The position numbers and the translations under genes were made by a program. Of a stretch of 43,005 bases of DNA, positions 38,236-43,005 are shown one piece after another. The stretch covers positions 1 through 43,005 of the forward strand of contig DASXQR010000212.1 of assembly GCA_036507075.1 (NCBI GenBank), read 5' to 3'. Numbering within the stretch: the stretch's first letter is position 1; each line of letters begins with the position of its first letter. The stretch is from Acidobacteriota bacterium (GTDB lineage Bacteria; Acidobacteriota; UBA6911; JACQSX01). Below the pieces are notes generated by a model. That model saw nothing but the letters and a program-made list of their open reading frames with translations. It ran no database searches and was not told where the DNA came from.

Positions 38236-41200
38236 TCAGAACACAAAACGCAAGCCTACCTGGATCATCCGCGGCAGGCCCCACATCTGACTTACCTTGC
38301 CAAAATTCCCGCTTCTAGGATTGGTGGTTGGCTGATCGAAATGCGGATGATTCAGTGCGTTCAACAAATCCAACCGGAGCTGAAAGCTCCGTTTCTCGTC
38401 AAAGTAAAATCTCTTGAGCAGGTTCATGTCCCACAGATTGAGACCCTGCTGGCGCAGCTTCGTGTTTGGAATAGTCGGGAAAACCCTTACGTGGAACTGG
38501 CCGGGCTGGTCAACAGCCGCCGTCACGAAACCGGACGTATTAAACCAGCTATCGACCGTGCGCTGACCGGAGGGGATGAAAATGTCAGCGGTATTTCCCC
38601 GGTAAAACACATTGGGAAACCGGATCGGCTGCCCCGACTGCGCCTGATAGACGGCGCCGACTTGCCAGCCCCCGAGGAATCCGTTTACCCAGGCCGGCGC
38701 GTCGGCGCCGAAGCGCCGGCCGCGCCCATACGGCAGCTCCCAGATGCCGCTCAAGGCCAGATGATGTTCCCGGTTGAAGTCGCTTAGAGCCCGATCCAGT
38801 TGTGTGTCAAATTCGTTGAAACGGGTAGTCTGATCGATCTGCTTCATCTTGGTAAACGCGGCTAGAAGCGTCCAGCCTTGCGAGAATCGTTTCTCCATCC
38901 TTGCCTCCAGGGAGTGGAAGAAGGATTTACCCTGCGGCTCTCCTTCAACAACCAGGTTGCTGAATTGGGGAAAGGGGCGCAGCAGCGCCTGCTTTTCAAT
39001 GGTGGCGCCGTTGAACGCCGTGCCGGGAATCAGTCCCAGAAAAGGATTCGCGACGCGAGTGCGCAGATCTGACTCAATGGCATTATTCCGCACATTGCCG
39101 GTGGCCCAGAAACGCGCCGGCAGGGCATCAAGCCGGCGATTCACCAGCAAGTCGCGCGTCGTGCTGCCCGTGTAGGCCACCTCGACAATCAATGTTTCGG
39201 TAAACTGATATTGCATGCCGACGCGCCATCGGCGCTGGGACGGATTGCGCCTGTCCAAATTAACAAAGCGGTACTCCAGCCCCAGTTGCTGTGCCAAGCC
39301 TTTGGAAGGCCCGGCCGGCGCGAGAAAGCGTAGACCACCGGCCTGGATCGGCGGAAAGGGATCGGCCATTGTGCCGATAAACGTCAGGCCGTCGTCCAGC
39401 GACGCGATCAGAGGCGTGGATTGGGAGAACCCGAATTGAAACCCGTCGATCGCCTGAACTCCCGTCGAGGTATTGTAAAAAATTCCGTAGCCTCCACGAA
39501 TCACCATCCTGTCTGTTAGCCGGTAAGCGGCGCCCAGCCGCGGCATGATGTTGTCCTTGTCGCCGCGCCACATCGTCTTTGGCGCGCCGCGCACTCCGGC
39601 AAACATCGGGCCGCCAGTCACCTTGAATTGACTGGCAGGAAGTTCCGTCAGAGGCTTGAGGGCATAGGCCGCCTCGGCTGCCGCAGCGATAGGCGCAGGA
39701 GAATCAAAATCGTAACCGACCGTGAGCCGATTGAAGCGCTCTGAAATGGGCCCTTCAAACTCATAACGCAGGCCGAGATTCAACGTCAGGCGGCGGTTCA
39801 GGCGCCAATCGTCCTGAAAGTAAGCGCCCCACACGATATTTTGTTGCGCGTAACTGTCATTGACATCGACAAGCCCTCCCGACGGCAAGCCCAGAAGGAA
39901 CGCCGCCAGCGACAGGCCGCTCTGTTGGGCCGAGGTTACTGAGTCCCTTCTGGTGAAGGTGTTGTCAAAACTGAAACTGCCGGCTACAAATCCCGGCGCG
40001 CGGCTGTTGTGCTGGTAGCGGCGGAGGTCCAGCCCAGTACGGAGCGTGTGATCCCCGCGTGCATGGCTGAGCGAAAATCTGGCCGAGTAAATGTGCCGCT
40101 TGTCAGAGTCCGAACGGGGGTTGCCAATATTGGGCAGCGTCGCAATGGCCATCCTTGACATGTGCTGTAAGTCCCCCGCATGTTCTTTCAGGTAGGCCGG
40201 GAAGCCCAGTTGTGCGTTATCAAAGCCGTCGGTGTTCAACTCACTCCCCTCCCGGAACATGCTCCAGGCCAAATTTGCGTTGGCGACGGTGCGATTGTTA
40301 ATGGTGTAGACATCGTCGAAGGCCAAACCTGCATTGACGCGCCTCAGTCCGTTCGACTGAAATCCCCGGCCTGTCCAGTCACCCCGGTCCTGCAGTCGAT
40401 TGTTGTACTGCCAGCGAACAAACATCCTGTGGTGGTTGTTGATCTCGTGATCGAAGCGGTTCAGCAGGGAATAAAAATTCTCGTTGCGTGGCTGCTGCGC
40501 GGCAAAGTAATTGTTCGACAAGTCGCGTCCCGCATTGTCCATATTGTTGGGCAAAGGGAAAAACTCCAGATATTTCCTGGCAACGGGATTGATCAGGTTG
40601 CCGGGGATGATGTTGTTGGGGAAAGGGTCGCGCACCACGCGATTTCCTTCTTTCCGCGCCGAGAAAGGATTGTAGATTCCGAAATCGGGACCGCCTCTTG
40701 CCAGAATTTCCACAAAATTCCCGTTCCTTTCCAACTGAGTGGGTGTCCGGTAAAAGCTCGGCTCCTGGTTGGCATCGTACAGGCCGTTATAGCTGAAGAA
40801 GAAAAACGTTCTGTCTCTCCCATTGTAAATTCGGGGGAGAACGACCGGACCGCCGGCGGTTCCTCCCAACTGATTGTAGCGTCCCGAGCGCTGCCGCTCT
40901 TCCTTGGGACTTTGCTTGCCTGCGTTTACGTCTCCCCAGAAGCTGCGATTGACAAACCAGTCGGTCGCGTTCCAGCGCTGCTGGCGATGCAGGTCGTAAA
41001 GCGAACCGTGAAATTCGTTTGTGCCGGACTTGACCGATACGTTGACCGATCCTCCCATACTGTTGCCTACTGAGGCGTCAAAGGGAGCCGTGTCAACCCT
41101 GAACTCCTGAACGGCGTCCGTTGGGGGAACATAGGCCACTCGGTTCCCGGCGGTGGCGTTGGGCATTCCATCCAACGTCCATTCGTTTGCCCGGTTTCCC

Positions 41201-41754
41201 GCGCCCGCGATCGAAATATTTGAAGTTCTGCTGTTATCAAACGCCCGATTGAACATCGGTTCAGCGTTGCGCACTACGCCGGGAGCCAAATACGCCAGCG
41301 CAAACGGATTCATATCCGTGACCGGAAGTTCGTTGATCCGCCGGTTGTCGATCAACTGTCCCGCCGATGCGTTGCTGGTTTCCAGCAGCGGCACCTCGCC
41401 AGTGACGGTGACCATCTGTGTCGCTTCTCCTACCTGCAGCTCGATGTTGAGAGTGAGCCGTTGTCCCGTCGCCAGCTCAATTCCTTTGCGGAAGTATTTC
41501 TTGAAGCCCGGCAATTCCGCCTGAACCATGTAGCTACCCGGAATTAGAAACGCCGCTTCGTAGTAACCAGAATCGTTGGTCAGCACGCTCGTCCTGACGT
41601 TGGTTTTGACGTTAGCCACGGTGATCTCGACACCTGGGACCACCGCCCCGGTCTGATCCGTCACCGTCCCAAGAATGGTAGCCCGGCTCTCCTGCCCAAA
41701 AGTGGGAACGCTGGCAATCAGTAGAAAAGCAGACGCGGCAAGAAATTTTTTCAT
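38236..41754 (-). CDS. TonB-dependent receptor with N-terminal carboxypeptidase-regulatory-like domain (Oar type)
   Basis: GTVTDQTGAVVPG, DAVQEFRV, KSGTNEFHG, YFQDDWR..LNLGLRYE, terminal PRMIQVGLRFVF. Confidence 0.95.
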   Translation of the reverse strand: MKKFLAASAFLLIASVPTFGQESRATILGTVTDQTGAVVPGVEITVANVKTNVRTSVLTNDSGYYEAAFLIPGSYMVQAELPGFKKYFRKGIELATGQRLTLNIELQVGEATQMVTVTGEVPLLETSNASAGQLIDNRRINELPVTDMNPFALAYLAPGVVRNAEPMFNRAFDNSRTSNISIAGAGNRANEWTLDGMPNATAGNRVAYVPPTDAVQEFRVDTAPFDASVGNSMGGSVNVSVKSGTNEFHGSLYDLHRQQRWNATDWFVNRSFWGDVNAGKQSPKEERQRSGRYNQLGGTAGGPVVLPRIYNGRDRTFFFFSYNGLYDANQEPSFYRTPTQLERNGNFVEILARGGPDFGIYNPFSARKEGNRVVRDPFPNNIIPGNLINPVARKYLEFFPLPNNMDNAGRDLSNNYFAAQQPRNENFYSLLNRFDHEINNHHRMFVRWQYNNRLQDRGDWTGRGFQSNGLRRVNAGLAFDDVYTINNRTVANANLAWSMFREGSELNTDGFDNAQLGFPAYLKEHAGDLQHMSRMAIATLPNIGNPRSDSDKRHIYSARFSLSHARGDHTLRTGLDLRRYQHNSRAPGFVAGSFSFDNTFTRRDSVTSAQQSGLSLAAFLLGLPSGGLVDVNDSYAQQNIVWGAYFQDDWRLNRRLTLNLGLRYEFEGPISERFNRLTVGYDFDSPAPIAAAAEAAYALKPLTELPASQFKVTGGPMFAGVRGAPKTMWRGDKDNIMPRLGAAYRLTDRMVIRGGYGIFYNTSTGVQAIDGFQFGFSQSTPLIASLDDGLTFIGTMADPFPPIQAGGLRFLAPAGPSKGLAQQLGLEYRFVNLDRRNPSQRRWRVGMQYQFTETLIVEVAYTGSTTRDLLVNRRLDALPARFWATGNVRNNAIESDLRTRVANPFLGLIPGTAFNGATIEKQALLRPFPQFSNLVVEGEPQGKSFFHSLEARMEKRFSQGWTLLAAFTKMKQIDQTTRFNEFDTQLDRALSDFNREHHLALSGIWELPYGRGRRFGADAPAWVNGFLGGWQVGAVYQAQSGQPIRFPNVFYRGNTADIFIPSGQRTVDSWFNTSGFVTAAVDQPGQFHVRVFPTIPNTKLRQQGLNLWDMNLLKRFYFDEKRSFQLRLDLLNALNHPHFDQPTTNPRSGNFGKVSQMWGLPRMIQVGLRFVF

Positions 41755-42004
41755 CTTTCCTCTCTCCCTGACCCAGCCCGCCTTTCTAGCGAGCCTGCGT
41801 GGCTTGCATATCGGTTTCTTCAGAGACGTTTACCATTATCAAAGGATGTGGTCCAGAAATATCGCGGAAGCTGAATTTACCAATCGCAGTGGGACTGACG
41901 GCCGCTTTACCCGCAAGTCCGCTGAGCCAGAAAGCTATGAATACCAGGGCGTCCCGCGCCGGGCTTCGATCCGAGCATTGGATGGAGCTAGCACCGCCCC
42001 AAAA

Positions 42005-42135
42005 CCGGACGGCGCGGATCCGGAGGTTGCCGTTGTCGATGAAAAATAGATTCCCCTGCAGGTCAATGCGATGCCGGTAACGTCCCGGACCTGCGCCTGA
42101 AAGGCGGGCCCGCCGTCTCCGGAAAAGGTAACGAC
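42005..42135 (-). pseudogene. NHL-repeat fragment
   Basis: FSGDGGPA..VTGIA / DLQGNLFFIDNGNLRIRAVR in two frames. Confidence 0.65.
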
Positions 42136-42534
42136 ATTCAAATGCCGACATTCAATTATTGAAAAACCATCAGCAGCCAAATTCCGCTGACCTCGATCAA
42201 AACATAACCAGAGTAGAGCAGGGCTAATATCATTTTCCATGGGCAGGTTCATTTGATTTAAGCTCAGAGCCTGTGAAAAATTGAATTAATCTTCTCGCCA
42301 CTTCAACGTAGATTCCTTGGAAACAGGAGCGCGAAGACAGGCGCGCTGTGTGGAGTGATGATCGTCAACCGGAGCCCACTTGGATCCGATCGACTCCTTC
42401 TTCTGAATCACGCGGCCAGGACAGACTGCTTCAAGAAGCGGACGGACGACCTTCGGCCGAGGCCGTTGAAATTCGGAAACAATGCTGATTTCGGATTCTT
42501 CGTCTGAGTTCCGGCCGAAAAGCGAACGAGCCAG

Positions 42535-42989
42535 AAGAGCAGGAACTCGCGAATCGGCGAGACCTTGTCGACCGTTGGACAATTGCCTACAACGAAACGC
42601 TGCGGCCTAAATTGGCCCTGGGTACCTGCCGATTTGCCGGACGCGTTATTGAAGACCTGGTGAAAGCAGCCGGCGACCGCCGAGACGTTCTCATTGGCGG
42701 CGAACTCGGCGCTGCAGTCCTGACAAAACACCTTCGTTCGGAACGAGCGACGTTGCACCTTGAAGGAGATCTCAACCGAGCATTGGCTCTCATGCGACTA
42801 CTTCCCGATCCAAAAGGTAACGTTGACTTGATTCGCATTTTCGGTACCGACAACGCTTACGATAAACGGAGACCAGCCCTGGCCGACCCTCTTCTTGTTC
42901 GTGCGGAGCTTTTGCGCGCACCCGGCGAGCGTATAAGAGAGATTGCGGACGATCTCTTTGATAAGCACATCGCTCCGCGACTTCAATGA
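42535..42989 (+). pseudogene. AbiEi-type antitoxin C-terminal part (5' decayed)
   Basis: DLVDRWTIAYNETLRPKL, GGELGAA, ADPLLVRAELL..RIREIA; overlapping ATG at 42986 may start a partner gene. Confidence 0.65.
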
Positions 42990-43005
42990 TTGATCGAACC
43001 CAGAT

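Noticed and set aside
42264..42285. CAGAGCCTGTGAAAAAT as an IS terminal repeat
   Set aside because: No partner end or transposase in the window

Overview
Bacterial chromosomal window, probably Acidobacteriota or a similar PVC-like organism (inferred from the DUF1501/DUF1553 pair, sulfatase, esterase-SMP30 fusion and Oar-type TonB receptor). Intact metabolic genes at both ends (1-8.8 kb and 34.4-41.8 kb) flank a ~29 kb defence/toxin-antitoxin hotspot. The hotspot holds about a dozen intact or decayed TA-like modules, an AbiEi/AbiEii pair whose toxin carries WYL and Zn-finger domains, a RelE-HTH-third gene triad, a degenerate tRNA and a type I R-M locus with a frameshifted hsdR. Directly downstream of hsdS is an unusual operon: four small HTH proteins, a Ymh/HEPN protein, a wHTH-Schlafen(AlbA_2) protein and a further gene. 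Ten arrays of a TTCGTG(A/T)AA nonamer repeat sit at module junctions; three are fused to copied internal fragments of the neighbouring sulfatase gene. A duplicated helicase 3' end, an integron-cassette signature around hicAB, several REP-like hairpins and an IS200 TnpA remnant are also present. All family calls come from motif recognition by eye, not database searches.
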